Part shown: in pieces, positions 20,177 through 30,395 of the stretch | Layout of the letters: every line of letters begins with the position of its first letter | How positions within the stretch are numbered: position 1 is the first letter of the stretch | Source of the DNA: a virus | Lineage: Duplodnaviria > Heunggongvirae > Uroviricota > Caudoviricetes | Length of the DNA: 64,000 nt | Reading direction: 5' to 3' (one strand) | IMG/VR virus record: IMGVR_UViG_3300031853_000004 | Location: 37,319 to 101,318 of that record | Program-made: the position numbers and the translations under genes | The notes under the pieces: model-generated | Databases searched by the model: none | Seen by the model: the letters and a program-made list of their open reading frames with translations, nothing else | What the model was told of the DNA's origin: nothing

Positions 20177-21929
20177 ATTATATAATGAAAATATTCAAAT
20201 AAATAATATAGATGATATTCTTAAAAGTAGAGGAATTAACGATGTAGATAAATGGAAGAATGCTGGATGGAATGAGATTAATTCACCTTTTACTTTTGGA
20301 GCGAGAGTTTATAAAGCTGTGGATCTATTAGCAGATGCTACAAAGAATCATTGGAAAATTTGCACCATTGTAGACGCCGATGCTGACGGTTTTACGTCCA
20401 GTGCAATAATTATTAATTTCCTGTATAAATTATATGGATGGAATCTTTCAAAAGAGAAATGTCAAGATAAACTAACATATATTTTACATGCTGGAAAGGG
20501 CCATGGTCTAAGCGATACATATGATAAAATTCCAGAAGATGTTCAATTAGTTGTTATTCCGGATGCAGCTTCAAATGATGTAGAAGAGCTTGAGAAACTT
20601 TCCAAGAGAGGAATAAAAGTTTTAGTAATGGATCACCATCATGCGGGTGAGACTTATGAAGATGAAAATGTAATTGTAATTAACAATCAAATTACAGAAT
20701 ATCCTAATAAAGATTTATCAGGCGCGGGCGTAACGTGGCAAATATGTCGAGCATATGATGAAATTTATGGATTAGACTTCTCAAAAGATTTAATTGACCT
20801 TGCGGCATTGGGGATTTTGTCGGATATGGAGCCCTATACATCTACAGAAAACAGAGCTATTATCAGGATGGGACTAGAGAATATTAAGAATCCATTTATG
20901 TATTATATGTGTGACAAAAATAAATTTAGTATAGATAAACGTGGTGGTATAAATTATATGTCTATGGCTTTCTACGTAACACCATTCATTAATTCTGTTG
21001 TTAGATCAGGAACAATTGAAGAAAAAAATTTAGTTTTTAAATCTATGTTACAGATGTATGCTTTTGATAAAATTCCATCTGAGAAACGTGGGCATAAAGG
21101 AGAAATGGTCGATCTTGTAGAAGAAGCTGTTAGAGTAATCGGCAATGTTAAGGCAAGGCAGACTCGATTGCAAGATGCCACTATGGAACTTTTAGAAAAG
21201 AAGATTGAGGAAGAGGATATGTTAAAAAATGATATCCTAATCTTTAAATGTCAACCTGGAGACGTTGAAAAAAATCTCGCAGGGTTGGTGGCAAATAAAT
21301 TGATGGCTAAGTATCAACGACCAGTAATGGTTTTAATTTATTCTAAGACTAAGGATGATAAAGAACCGGTATATAGAGGATCTGCAAGAAACTATGGGTT
21401 GTCTGATATTGAAGATTTAAGACAGGCTTGTGAAGATAGCGGTTTAACAGAACTCGCCCAAGGTCATAACTCTGCCTTTGGTTGTAACATTGCCGCATCT
21501 AAGATTGATGAATTTCAAGACTGGTTTAATGAAAACTTTGATGAAGCATCCAGTGAACCTACTTATATTGTAGACTTTATTTGGAATCAAAATCAAGTGG
21601 ATCCTCAAATGATTTTAGACGTTGCTTCAAAAAAAGAATGGTGGGGTCAAGATCTTCAAGAACCATCTTTTTGTCTAAAAGATATTCCGATAGGAGTGGA
21701 TAATGTTCAGTTATTAAGCAAGGATAAAAATCCTACGGTGAAGATTCACTTAAATAATGGAGTTGACATCATGAAGTTTCGCAGCTCAGAGGAAGAGTAC
21801 ATGAAATTAACTGAGCCTAATACTATGGTCACTATTATTGGAACGGCTAATAAAAATGAATGGTGCGGAAGAATAACTGCGCAGATTATGTGTGATGCAT
21901 ACGATATTAAACAAGAATGGATTTTTTAA
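20166..21929 (+). CDS. DHH-family phosphoesterase, RecJ-like exonuclease
   Basis: DADADG, VIPDAASND and MDHHH motifs. Confidence 0.65.
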   Translation: MKYKLYNENIQINNIDDILKSRGINDVDKWKNAGWNEINSPFTFGARVYKAVDLLADATKNHWKICTIVDADADGFTSSAIIINFLYKLYGWNLSKEKCQDKLTYILHAGKGHGLSDTYDKIPEDVQLVVIPDAASNDVEELEKLSKRGIKVLVMDHHHAGETYEDENVIVINNQITEYPNKDLSGAGVTWQICRAYDEIYGLDFSKDLIDLAALGILSDMEPYTSTENRAIIRMGLENIKNPFMYYMCDKNKFSIDKRGGINYMSMAFYVTPFINSVVRSGTIEEKNLVFKSMLQMYAFDKIPSEKRGHKGEMVDLVEEAVRVIGNVKARQTRLQDATMELLEKKIEEEDMLKNDILIFKCQPGDVEKNLAGLVANKLMAKYQRPVMVLIYSKTKDDKEPVYRGSARNYGLSDIEDLRQACEDSGLTELAQGHNSAFGCNIAASKIDEFQDWFNENFDEASSEPTYIVDFIWNQNQVDPQMILDVASKKEWWGQDLQEPSFCLKDIPIGVDNVQLLSKDKNPTVKIHLNNGVDIMKFRSSEEEYMKLTEPNTMVTIIGTANKNEWCGRITAQIMCDAYDIKQEWIF

Positions 21930-21931
21930 AT

Positions 21932-21972
21932 AGGTTGTTGAGTGTAAGGCTTGACAACCTTTATTTTTTATG
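21932..21972 (+). terminator. terminator hairpin (AGGTTGT...ACAACCT + T-run) embedding the next -35
   Basis: Inverted repeat then TTTATTTTTT. Confidence 0.45.
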
Positions 21973-21979
21973 ATATAAT
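21951..21979 (+). promoter_or_regulatory. TTGACA-N17-TATAAT promoter
   Basis: Exact hexamers. Confidence 0.5.
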
Positions 21980-21993
21980 ATTATAGAAAATTA

Positions 21994-22010
21994 GGGCAAA
22001 ATATTATAAT
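21994..22010 (+). promoter_or_regulatory. GGGCAA-N5-TATAAT motif (candidate phage-specific promoter)
   Basis: TAGGGCAAAATATTATAAT; same architecture at 38763-38779(-) and 63883-63900(-). Confidence 0.4.
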
Positions 22011-22078
22011 TTATTTATTCAATCTTTTATTAATTATATAGAGAAATAAAAGAGATTAAATTAAATAAAGGAGTGCTT

Positions 22079-22927
22079 ATGGGAACTCGACAAGAAATTA
22101 ACAATATATACCAAAAATATTATCACAAAGATTTTCCTTCTTCTACTTTATCAAAATGGAAAAAGGAAGGAAAAATAAAAGCTGTTAAGGAAGGTAATTT
22201 TTATAACTATGATTTAGAGAGTTTTGAACAATTAATTTTAAGTGATGAATATAAAAAGAAAATTAGAGCTTCAAAATTAAAGCCAGAAGATTTTATCGGA
22301 AAACGATGTGGAGATTTATTAATTAAAAGTATTGTTCCAAAAGAAGAGTATAAAGAAAATTATATTGGAACTTTAATGTATTGCGATTGTTTAAGATGCG
22401 GAAAATCAAAAAATATTCAGGTAAGATTTTCATATTTATCTGGAAATGGTAATTATCAACAGACAACTTGTGGTTGTGGGAGGAAAGAAAGAGCATTTCT
22501 AGCTTCTGCAAGGCAAGATATACGTGAAGAGTTTTTAATTCAATTTAGAGATAATTTTGAACATTACTTATTTTTACATAAATTTTTAACAACCTCTGTT
22601 ACAGAAAAATATTTTACTTCTTGTCCGATTGAAGAATATGAACAAGCTATTTTATCTTTAGATAAAGATAAACAGTTTAATGCGGTTTATAACTTTTGGA
22701 AAAAACAAGATAGAACTTCTACTTTTTATGATTTAGCTAAACCTAGTTTAGATCATATTATACCAAAAAGTAAAGGTGGAAGCAATGATTATTCTAATTT
22801 ACAAGTTTTAACAGTGTTTGAGAATTTATGTAAAAGAGATATGACTTGGGACGAGTGGCAGCTTTTTAAAAAAAATACTAATACTCAATCAGATTTTTTT
22901 ATTGAAAATATATTAAAACAATATTAA
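22079..22927 (+). CDS. HNH homing endonuclease with zinc-module DNA-binding region
   Basis: DHIIPKSKGGSNDYSNLQ..N HNH motif; CDCLRCG/TCGCG modules like the 11531 gene. Confidence 0.6.
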   Translation: MGTRQEINNIYQKYYHKDFPSSTLSKWKKEGKIKAVKEGNFYNYDLESFEQLILSDEYKKKIRASKLKPEDFIGKRCGDLLIKSIVPKEEYKENYIGTLMYCDCLRCGKSKNIQVRFSYLSGNGNYQQTTCGCGRKERAFLASARQDIREEFLIQFRDNFEHYLFLHKFLTTSVTEKYFTSCPIEEYEQAILSLDKDKQFNAVYNFWKKQDRTSTFYDLAKPSLDHIIPKSKGGSNDYSNLQVLTVFENLCKRDMTWDEWQLFKKNTNTQSDFFIENILKQY

Positions 22928-22952
22928 AAAAGAAAGGAAGTGGTGCTATTTT

Positions 22953-22997
22953 ATGAGTGATAATCGTGTAAGTCTACATAATCATTCATATTATTAG
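22953..22997 (+). other. N-terminal PHP-motif fragment (MSDNRVSLHNHSYY*) of the DnaE gene, in a different frame, ending at TAG
   Basis: Good GGAAG RBS; encodes the HxH PHP motif that DnaE otherwise lacks; a +1 shift at 22995 joins it to the main ORF. Confidence 0.4.
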
Positions 22998-23046
22998 GTA
23001 CAGCAATCTACGTTTACTTGATGCTCTTCCATCTCCAGAATCTATA

Positions 23047-26000
23047 ATGGACAAGGCTTTAGAACTTGGTATTAATATGATTGGGATTAGTGAGCACGAA
23101 TCTTTGTCAAGTCATATTAGAGTAAATAAATATGGATTAAAACTCCAAGAACAGCATCCTGATTTTAAGACTATGTTATGTAATGAAATCTATTTAACAG
23201 AAAATCGAGATAAAGGACAAAAATATTATCACTTTTTACTAGGAGCAAAAAATGCTCAAGGGCATCAAATGTTGCGTGAAGCATCTTCCGTAGCATGGCT
23301 TAATGGATATTTTGATCGAGGGCTGCAACGAGTTCCTTTGTTATATGAAGAGCTTGCAGAGATTATTAAAAAATATGGAAAAGGAAATCTTATTGCATCT
23401 TCCGCATGTATCGGTTCGATCATTGGACAACAAATTCTTGCTATGAAAAAAGCTGAAACAGTTGGAGATATAAATGGTCGCAAAGAAGCGCATGATAAAA
23501 TTGTTCAACATGTCCTATTTTGTAAAGAATGGTTTGACGATGATTTTTATTTTGAAATAGCTCCAGCAACTTATCAAGATCAAATTTATGTTAATAAAAA
23601 AACTTTAGAACTATGCAAAGTTTTTGATGTAAAAGCCACTGTTCAAGATGATAGTCATAGATTAACTCAAAAAGATTTTATCGCTCATAAAGCTCTTTTG
23701 AATAGTAAGCAAGGTGAAAGGGAAAGTATCGAATCCTTTTATGGTTTTACATATTTACAATCATATGATGATATTAGAAAGCATTTAGAGCCAGTAGGCT
23801 GTAATGTTGACGAATTGTTTGCAAATAGTATGGAAATATATGATAAAGTAGAGATGTATTCATTATTACATAATCAACAAGTGCCGCAAGTTTCAGTACC
23901 AGATTTTCCAAAAGTAAAAGGTAACACAGGATATCAACATTTAGATTCTCTATTGGAAAGCGATAATCAACAAGAGCGATATTGGGTTAATTTTTGTCTT
24001 GATAAAATGAAAGAAAAAGATATTTATAACGAAACATATCTTTCAGAGCTTGATAATGAAGCTAGAATTCAAAAAGTTGTTGGAGAAAAATTAAATACTT
24101 GTATTTTTTCATATCCAATCTTCTTGCAACATTACTTTGATTTAATCTGGGAATGCGGAGGCTGTATTGGAACTGGACGCGGATCATCTTCTGCAGGTCT
24201 TGATAATTATTTAATGAACTTGACGCAATATGATCCTATTAAAGCAGGAGTTAATAATTATTTTAGATACTTAAATGAAAATAGATTTGAGCTTCCTGAT
24301 TTAGATTTTGATTTGCCTCCAACTGTTCGTCCAAAATGGTTTCAGAAAATTAGAGAAGAAAGAGGTTCGCTAGGATTAATCCAAGTCTGTACTTTTTCTA
24401 CTATGTCAAGCCGTGCAGCGATTTTATCAAGCTGTAGAGGATATAGAAGTGAAGATTATCCTAATGGAATTGATGTGGATACTGCGCAGTATTTAACTTC
24501 ATTAGTTGGAAGCCAGCGAGGTTTTACCTATTCAATTAAAGACATGATTGAGGGTAATAAAGAAAAAGGTATACAACCAAATAAAATTTTTATAAATGAA
24601 GTAAATAAGTATGAAGGTTTATTAGATATTATTAAAAAATTAGAGGGAACTGTATCAAGCAGATCTATACATGCTAGTGGTTGTGTATTTAATGATCCTG
24701 GGCATGAATTTGATAAAGGAGCTATTATGACTGCTCCAGACGGAACATTAATTACTCAATGGTCATTACATGATGCAGAAGCGGCAGGTTTTGTTAAGGT
24801 CGATGCACTTGTTACAGATATTATGGAAAAAATTACTCAATGTCTTTTACTATTACAAGATAAAAATAAAATTGAACAAGATTTATCATTAAAAGAATTA
24901 TATGATAAATATATTCATCCTGATATTCTGCCAATTGATGATCCATCTATTTGGAAAGCTATTGATAATGTTGAAGTATTATCCCTTTTTCAATTTGATA
25001 CTCAAGTTGGATCTCAAGCTGTTAAAAAATTAAAACCACAAAATGTAAAAGAATTATCTGCTATTAATGCTTTAATTCGATTAATGGCTCAGGAAAAGGG
25101 ATCTGAGACTCCTGTTGATCGTTATTATAGAATTAAACATCATCCAGAACAATGGGACGAAGAAATGAACAAAGCAAGTGTTCCACTAGAGTATCAAAAA
25201 ATAATTAAAGAATATTGCGGACATACTTATGGGACTTTACCATTACAAGATGATTTAATGTTAATGATGATGGATGAAAGATTATTTGGCTTTGATCTTG
25301 AAACTACCAATTCAGCGAGAAAAATAATCGGCAAAAAACTTATGGATAAAATTCCAGAATTAAGAAATAAAGTTCTACAAAAAGCAAAAACTCCTGAAGT
25401 AGGAAGATATATATGGGACGTTTTATTTTCACAAGAACTTGGTTATGCGTTTAATGCCGAGCATACATATAGCTATAGTCTTATTGGCGTTCAATGTGCG
25501 TATCTTGCGACATACTTTCCATCTATCTTTTGGAATACTGCTTGCTTAAGAGTTGACGCAGGACTTGAAGATGATACTTCAAGTAATTATGGAAAAATTG
25601 CAAAAGCTGTAGGTAATATTATCCATAGAGGAATTTCAGTATCATTAATTGATATTAATAAATCTGAATATATGTTTGAGCCAGATTTAGAAAATAATAC
25701 AATTTTATATAGTCTAAAAGCATTGTCTAATGTAAATGGAGATATTATTGAAGAGATTATAAATAATAGACCATATACAAGTTTAGCAGATTTCCAAAAG
25801 AAAGTAAAAGCAAATAAAAAAGTAATGATTTCATTAATTAAATCTGGGGCTTTTGATCAATTTGCTCCAAGAGAAGAAGTAATGAAAGAATATATTTGGA
25901 CTCAATGTGAACCTAAAAAAAGAATTACTCTCCAAAATTTTAATGGTTTGATGGAAAGGAATTTAATTCCTGAATCATTAAATTGGGAGAAAAGATTATT

Positions 26001-26781
26001 TGTCTTTAATAAAGCATTGCGGAAAAATTGCAAAGTTACAAATTATTATATAATTCAAGATAACTATTATGATTTTTATGAACAATTTTTTGATATAGAT
26101 TTATTGGAGCCATGCGGCGATACTATAGGAATTTCGCAAAAAATTTGGCAAAAACTTTATAGTAATGGGATGGATAAAGCTAGAGATTATTTTAAAGAAC
26201 ATCAACAAGAATTGTTAGATAGTTTAAATAATACATTATTTCAAGAAATATATGATAAGTATGCTTTAGGGAATTTAGCAGATTGGGAAATGGATAGTTT
26301 AGCTTTCTATTATCATGAGCATCCTCTTGCTCATATTAAAAAATATGAATATAATATTAAAGAATATAATGAACTACCTTCTAGTCCCAAAATTGCAAAA
26401 ACTTTCAGACGTGGGGAAAAAGTGTTTCATACGTTTGAAACTTGTAGAATCGTAGGGACAGTAATTGCTAAAGATGATACTAAATCTTGTATTAGTTTAT
26501 TAACAGTTAAATCTGGCGTAGTTACTGTTAAAATGAGTAGAGATTATTATGCAAGACTTAATAAACAAATTTCTGAAATGCAAGCTGATGGTAAGAAAAA
26601 AGTCATGGAAAAATCTTGGTTTACTCGCGGGACAATGTTAATGATAAATGGATTCGCTCGTGGCGGAATGTTTTTCAGTAAAAGCTATAAGAATCAAAAT
26701 AGTCATCAAGTCTATAAAATTATAAATATAAATGATGATAATACAATAGAAACTGTTTGGCAGAGGTACGGTGAAGAATAA
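23047..26781 (+). CDS. dnaE: DNA polymerase III alpha subunit (DnaE-type), main frame
   Basis: IGISEHE PHP motif, polymerase core and OB region by pattern; 1244 aa with 16 TGG and no TGA. Confidence 0.7.
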   Translation: MDKALELGINMIGISEHESLSSHIRVNKYGLKLQEQHPDFKTMLCNEIYLTENRDKGQKYYHFLLGAKNAQGHQMLREASSVAWLNGYFDRGLQRVPLLYEELAEIIKKYGKGNLIASSACIGSIIGQQILAMKKAETVGDINGRKEAHDKIVQHVLFCKEWFDDDFYFEIAPATYQDQIYVNKKTLELCKVFDVKATVQDDSHRLTQKDFIAHKALLNSKQGERESIESFYGFTYLQSYDDIRKHLEPVGCNVDELFANSMEIYDKVEMYSLLHNQQVPQVSVPDFPKVKGNTGYQHLDSLLESDNQQERYWVNFCLDKMKEKDIYNETYLSELDNEARIQKVVGEKLNTCIFSYPIFLQHYFDLIWECGGCIGTGRGSSSAGLDNYLMNLTQYDPIKAGVNNYFRYLNENRFELPDLDFDLPPTVRPKWFQKIREERGSLGLIQVCTFSTMSSRAAILSSCRGYRSEDYPNGIDVDTAQYLTSLVGSQRGFTYSIKDMIEGNKEKGIQPNKIFINEVNKYEGLLDIIKKLEGTVSSRSIHASGCVFNDPGHEFDKGAIMTAPDGTLITQWSLHDAEAAGFVKVDALVTDIMEKITQCLLLLQDKNKIEQDLSLKELYDKYIHPDILPIDDPSIWKAIDNVEVLSLFQFDTQVGSQAVKKLKPQNVKELSAINALIRLMAQEKGSETPVDRYYRIKHHPEQWDEEMNKASVPLEYQKIIKEYCGHTYGTLPLQDDLMLMMMDERLFGFDLETTNSARKIIGKKLMDKIPELRNKVLQKAKTPEVGRYIWDVLFSQELGYAFNAEHTYSYSLIGVQCAYLATYFPSIFWNTACLRVDAGLEDDTSSNYGKIAKAVGNIIHRGISVSLIDINKSEYMFEPDLENNTILYSLKALSNVNGDIIEEIINNRPYTSLADFQKKVKANKKVMISLIKSGAFDQFAPREEVMKEYIWTQCEPKKRITLQNFNGLMERNLIPESLNWEKRLFVFNKALRKNCKVTNYYIIQDNYYDFYEQFFDIDLLEPCGDTIGISQKIWQKLYSNGMDKARDYFKEHQQELLDSLNNTLFQEIYDKYALGNLADWEMDSLAFYYHEHPLAHIKKYEYNIKEYNELPSSPKIAKTFRRGEKVFHTFETCRIVGTVIAKDDTKSCISLLTVKSGVVTVKMSRDYYARLNKQISEMQADGKKKVMEKSWFTRGTMLMINGFARGGMFFSKSYKNQNSHQVYKIININDDNTIETVWQRYGEE

Positions 26782-26784
26782 AGA

Positions 26785-26822
26785 GTTATCCTTTTATAGG
26801 ATAGCTCTTTTTTTATTTAGTT
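26785..26822 (+). terminator. hairpin + T-run terminator
   Basis: AGAGTTATCC...GGATAGCTCT then TTTTTTTATTT. Confidence 0.45.
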
Positions 26823-26838
26823 TTTTATAAATTTTTAT

Positions 26839-26868
26839 TTGACAAAAATAAAAAAATATGATATAATT
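26839..26868 (+). promoter_or_regulatory. TTGACA-N18-TATAAT promoter
   Basis: Exact hexamers. Confidence 0.45.
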
Positions 26869-26892
26869 ATATAGTAAAAAGAAAGGAGATAT

Positions 26893-27303
26893 ATGGAATA
26901 TTGGTGCATAAATGATAATTTTAAATCACAATGAGTACAAGATTTAATTGATAGAGGATTATTGATACATCATCCCACTCCCGTATCAAATTGTTATGAA
27001 TTTCATCGAACAACAATGTCTACATCTCCTATATATTTATATGATGGAGACGGTTTGTGCTACTGTGACAATAAAATAGGAGTAGTTTTTAATTTATATA
27101 CAAATTTTAAAAGAATGAAAGCGGCGGTGCCAATGGTAAAATATTATTGTGATATGTGCGAAAAAGAAGTATTTATAAAAGAGCATCTGTATAAATTGAC
27201 TTTGAGTAAAAATGACAATATTTATAATTCAATTAGTAAAGATATTTGTAGAGAATGTTATGAGAAAATTAAAAACATGGTAAAAAGAAAATCTAAAAAT
27301 TAA
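26893..27303 (+). CDS. hypothetical Cys-rich protein (one TGA at 26932)
   Basis: AAAGGAGA RBS before ATG 26893, in frame with ORF 26962 through a TGA. Confidence 0.4.
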
Positions 27304-27396
27304 AAAATCATAGGGCAAAAATGAATTAATACTATATATTGATTTTATATATATTAATAGAGGTAAAAAATACAAAATATAGTATAGGAGGTTTAT

Positions 27397-27594
27397 ATGA
27401 TTACTTTATATTCAACAGGTTGTCCTCGCTGTAAAGTTCTGACGCAAAAGCTGGATGCCGCAAACATCAGTTATTCAATCAGTAATAATATTGATGAAAT
27501 TATGATAAAAGGATTTATGTCCGTTCCAGTTCTTAAAGTTGATGATGAATATATGGACTTTGGAACTGCAATTAAGTGGGTGAACAATCAATAA
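27397..27594 (+). CDS. NrdH/glutaredoxin-like redoxin
   Basis: CPRC active-site motif; 65 aa; GGAGG RBS; sits upstream of nrdD. Confidence 0.55.
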   Translation: MITLYSTGCPRCKVLTQKLDAANISYSISNNIDEIMIKGFMSVPVLKVDDEYMDFGTAIKWVNNQ

Positions 27595-29519
27595 TGAAAA
27601 TTAATGTAAAATTAAGTAAAAATTTTCAAACACAATTAAATCGTCTTAACGAAAAATATGGTGAAGATTTTGCAAAACTAAATGGCTTAAGTGAAAGCGA
27701 TTTAGATTTTACAAATTTTATTGATAATTTTGTAGATGAAGATACCGTTGCAGACGTTTCTGTAGATGGTAATGCGAATGTGGGTCATAAAGATATTGTA
27801 ACTATGATTAACGAAATGCCTAAAGCTCATCAGAAGTTACTTGCATTTAATAAATTATATTATGAAATGCAAAAAAAATATGGATTTAAAGAAGCAAATA
27901 AATGGTTAGAGCTTGAATGGACTAAAGCACTTGGTATGCATGACGCGCATTCAAGTACAGAAACAAGCTATTGCTTCGCCTATGATTTAAAAGACTTGGC
28001 AGAAAAAGGTCTATATTTTATTGAAAACTTTAATGCAGAACCTCCGCAACATTTAGCAACTTTTGTTGATTTTGTAAAAGAGCATTGTTCTTACGCATCT
28101 AATAGAAGTGCTGGCGCAGTAGCCTACCCAAATTTAATTCCTTACTTCTATTACTTTTGGAAAAAAGATATAGAAAATCATTATATGGGAATTACAGAAG
28201 AATATGCAGAAGATTTTGCGAAGCAGCAAATTCAAAGATTAATATACTCATTAAATCAGCCATTTCTCCGTAACTCAATTCAAAGTGCTTTTACTAATAC
28301 AAGTATATTTGATCATCCATATTTTGAAGCTATTTTTGGTGGAGCAATTTTCCCAGATGGTTCTTTTATGATAGATAGTGAAGAAGAGATTATAGAATTT
28401 CAAAAAATATTCTTAACAGAAATGAGCGACATTAGAAGTCAAAATATGATGACTTTTCCTGTGAACACCATTTCACTTCTCACTGACATTAATGGAAACT
28501 TTGTAGATGAAGATTTTGCAAAATGGGCTTGTGAGCATAATAGAAAATGGAATGATAGTAATTGGTTTGCAGATAGTTCAGTAACTTCTTTGTCATCCTG
28601 CTGTAGACTTCGTAATGATATTCAGGAGCTTGGCTATACTAATAGTATTGGCGGGGCAGCTTTAAAAGTTGGTAGCGTGAAAGTTTCTACTATTAATCTT
28701 GCAAGAATAGCTTATCAAAGTCAAAATGAGCAAGAATATTTAGCGTTACTTAAAGATACAGTTGAAACTAATTGTAAGATTCTTGATGTTCAAAGACATA
28801 TTATTCAAAGAAACATTGAAAAAGGACTTTTGCATAATTTTGATACAAAAATGGTTGAAATGAAATATCTTTATTCTTCACATGGAATTTTAGGTTGTTA
28901 TGAAACAATGAAATATTTTGGTTATACCTATGAAGATGAATTAGGTAATACTTACTATAAAGATGAAGCATATGACTTCGGAAGAAAAATATTTAAAATT
29001 ATTCATGCAGTAAAAGATGCTTTCCTTGCAGATAAAGATTATCATATGAATCTTGAAGCAATTCCTGGAGAGACAATGGCTGCCAGATTTCAGCATGCAG
29101 ATGAAATGCTTTATCCAGATCAAGTAATTAAAGATTTGCCGCTATATGCTAATCAATGGATTGGACTTGGAATAAAAACTACCATCCAAGAGAGAGTAAA
29201 AATAGCTGCCGCCTTTAGCGAATATTGCTCAGGAGGTGACATCTTACACATAAACGTAGATGCGCCATTTGATTCATTTGATAAAGCATGGAAAATGTTA
29301 AACTATGTCGCGCAAGCTGGGGTTAAATATTTTGCTTTTACTGGTAAAATTAATGCTTGTGAAAATAATCATGGTTTTTATGGAGATATATGTCCTATAT
29401 GCGGCAAACCTGTAAAAACACAATATGCCAGGATTGTGGGTTTCTTTGTCCCCATCCAGACTTGGAGCCAAACTAGAAAACAAGAATTTGCTATGAGAGA
29501 ATGGGCTAATGTTAATTAA
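27594..29519 (+). CDS. nrdD: anaerobic ribonucleoside-triphosphate reductase
   Basis: C-terminal Zn ribbon CENNHG..CPICG and glycyl-radical motif RIVGFF; ATGA overlap with upstream stop. Confidence 0.7.
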   Translation: MKINVKLSKNFQTQLNRLNEKYGEDFAKLNGLSESDLDFTNFIDNFVDEDTVADVSVDGNANVGHKDIVTMINEMPKAHQKLLAFNKLYYEMQKKYGFKEANKWLELEWTKALGMHDAHSSTETSYCFAYDLKDLAEKGLYFIENFNAEPPQHLATFVDFVKEHCSYASNRSAGAVAYPNLIPYFYYFWKKDIENHYMGITEEYAEDFAKQQIQRLIYSLNQPFLRNSIQSAFTNTSIFDHPYFEAIFGGAIFPDGSFMIDSEEEIIEFQKIFLTEMSDIRSQNMMTFPVNTISLLTDINGNFVDEDFAKWACEHNRKWNDSNWFADSSVTSLSSCCRLRNDIQELGYTNSIGGAALKVGSVKVSTINLARIAYQSQNEQEYLALLKDTVETNCKILDVQRHIIQRNIEKGLLHNFDTKMVEMKYLYSSHGILGCYETMKYFGYTYEDELGNTYYKDEAYDFGRKIFKIIHAVKDAFLADKDYHMNLEAIPGETMAARFQHADEMLYPDQVIKDLPLYANQWIGLGIKTTIQERVKIAAAFSEYCSGGDILHINVDAPFDSFDKAWKMLNYVAQAGVKYFAFTGKINACENNHGFYGDICPICGKPVKTQYARIVGFFVPIQTWSQTRKQEFAMREWANVN

Positions 29520-29970
29520 ATATATTATAGATGAAGATTTTATTAATTATAAAAAAACTTGTATGACAATAGGTTTCCCTCACTGTGACCTCAAATGTGG
29601 AAAAGAACTTTGTCAAAACAGTCCAATAGTAAAGATGAAAGATATAGAGATAAGCTATGCGGCCATTGTTAAAAGATATTTAAACAATCCTTTATCAGAA
29701 GCCATTTGCTTTCAGGGCATGGAACCCTTTGATAGTCCGCATGATTTATTTCTATTAATTGAAGAATTTAGAAAATACACTAAGGATGATATAGTTATAT
29801 ACACTGGATATTATTGAGATGAAATTCCTACATATGTAGCTATGTTATGGGATTATAAAAATATTATCATAAAATATGGAAGATATATTCCTAATCAAAC
29901 TCCGCACTATGATGAAGTACTAGGAGTGAATTTAGCAAGTGATAATCAATATGCGGAAAGGATAGGCTAA
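29509..29970 (+). CDS. NrdG-like small radical-SAM activase candidate (divergent Cx3Cx4C; one TGA at 29815)
   Basis: Size and position after nrdD; FPHCDLKCGKELCQN cluster; continues through TGA to TAA 29968. Confidence 0.4.
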
Positions 29971-30383
29971 TGGAAAAAGATAAAAAAATTGAGGTTGGCA
30001 CGCTGTATGATTTAAATAAACAAGTGATTAGTCAATTGCCAGAGATGCCGCAAGAGCAGATTCAAGAACAGTTAACTAAAATACAAAAATGGTTTGCCGA
30101 ATCTAAAGGAAAGTATTTTATGCTACTTTGTCGAGAAAAAGCAGATTATACTTTATTTAACTTTAACGGTAAAGATATTCCAGATGTGTTTTTAGAGTTT
30201 ATAAGAAAAATGTCTATTAAAGCCATCAAAGAGTTAGAAAAATGTATTAAAAATAGAGGCATCTTAATGTCAATTAATAAAGCAACAGAAGATGCTTGGG
30301 AGATTTGGATTAAAGATTTCTTTAACAAAGAAGTTCATATGTATATGTTATTTGAATGCGATCCAATGGTAATTGAAATTTAA
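29970..30383 (+). CDS. hypothetical protein
   Basis: TAATG overlap. Confidence 0.4.
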   Translation: MEKDKKIEVGTLYDLNKQVISQLPEMPQEQIQEQLTKIQKWFAESKGKYFMLLCREKADYTLFNFNGKDIPDVFLEFIRKMSIKAIKELEKCIKNRGILMSINKATEDAWEIWIKDFFNKEVHMYMLFECDPMVIEI

Positions 30384-30395
30384 GAAGGTGATATA

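Noticed and set aside
4632-29483. Minus-strand ORFs inside early genes (4632, 6312(+ alt frame), 8749, 9256, 10967, 11679, 12170, 12623, 13109, 13867, 17017, 20972, 22323, 23265, 28941, 29298, 30146)
   Set aside because: Embedded in or antisense to well-supported plus-strand genes; AT-rich junk translations.
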